Of a stretch of DNA of 64,000 bases, positions 63,342 to 64,000 are shown piece by piece. The stretch lies in assembly GCA_964016885.1 (NCBI GenBank), contig OZ024743.1:2542001-2606000 (forward strand). The letters are read 5' to 3'. A program made the translations under genes and the position numbers. The notes beneath the pieces are model-generated. The model made no database searches and had not been told where the DNA came from. It was given only the letters and a program-made list of their open reading frames with translations. Each line of letters begins with the position of its first letter. The first letter of the stretch is position 1. Origin of the DNA: Eledone cirrhosa. Its lineage: Eukaryota.

Positions 63342-64000
63342 TACTCTTTTACCTGTTTCAGCCATCCGGCTGAGGCCATGCTGGGGCACTGCCCTTGTTG
63401 CTACACATTTTATCTCCAGCCTGTATAGGTTGGCCACTGGTGTAAGAGGGAGTTTGTTGCTGCTGCCCTTAGGTTTCCCTCGTGTCTTGCTGTGGGCTCA
63501 TCCGGGATCCTGGATAACAAGGTGTCGAGATGTTTCTTAAAGACATCCACCTCCACGTCATTCAAGTCTCTCAGATGCCTCGGCAGCCTGTTGAAGAGTT
63601 GAGGGCCCTTGAATCCCAGGCTATTGCAATACCTGCTCCTTATTCTAGATGTGGAAGACGGGACCTTTGGCACCACACAGTGACGTCCTGTTCGACGGTT
63701 GGTCCAGCTCCCAATGCCAATGTTTGGTGCTAGTCCCTCCAGGATTTTCCACATGTAGATCACTGCATATCTCTCCCGTCTTCGCTCCAAGGAGTAGAGG
63801 TTCAGTTCCTTTAGCCTCTCCCAGTAGCTTGTCTCCCTCATCTTGGCAATCCTCTTGGTGTAGCTTTGCTGGATTGCCTCAAGCTCCGTGGTTAGTTTGA
63901 CACTATGGGGTGACCACAACTGGGAGCAGTAGTCCAGGCGGCTTAGGATAAATGTCCTCCATAGTGTCAACATGGTGTCTCGATCTCTTGTCCAGAAAGT
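63342..64000 (-). mobile_element. CR1/L2 family 3, 3' end (continues beyond the window)
   Basis: ORF 63410-63973 (LDYCSQLWSP...[11 protein letters not shown]); tail ggctgaaacaggtaaaagagta. Confidence 0.92.

Noticed and set aside
39777-63540. Many long Y/I/M/C/V/H/T-rich ORFs
   Set aside because: They are translations of (TA)n/(TATG)n microsatellites, which lack stops in several frames.

Overview
AT-rich, repeat-dense animal genomic DNA. The SINE, RTE and (TA)n landscape resembles a coleoid cephalopod such as Octopus, but that is inferred, not shown. Bases ~2.4-23.9 kb carry 12 phase-consistent + strand exons encoding the C-terminal part of THO complex subunit 2 (THOC2). The introns and everything downstream are filled with mobile DNA: two non-autonomous Helitrons, MITE/foldback palindromes, tRNA-SINEs, at least three families of RTE LINEs carrying a PHD-like finger (one copy full length with a single TGG>TGA stop), three CR1/L2-type LINE families (one near-intact copy nested in an RTE), a decayed L1/Tx1-like RT, a decayed Gypsy element and kilobase (TA/TATG)n tracts. 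Most long ORFs in the track are microsatellite or antisense artefacts. The most notable signal is four sequence-unrelated minimal type I hammerhead ribozyme motifs (six copies, two pairs inside near-perfect palindromes) of the kind linked to Penelope-like elements and retrozymes. All four share a non-Watson-Crick first pair and a C-C mismatch at position 4 of helix II.
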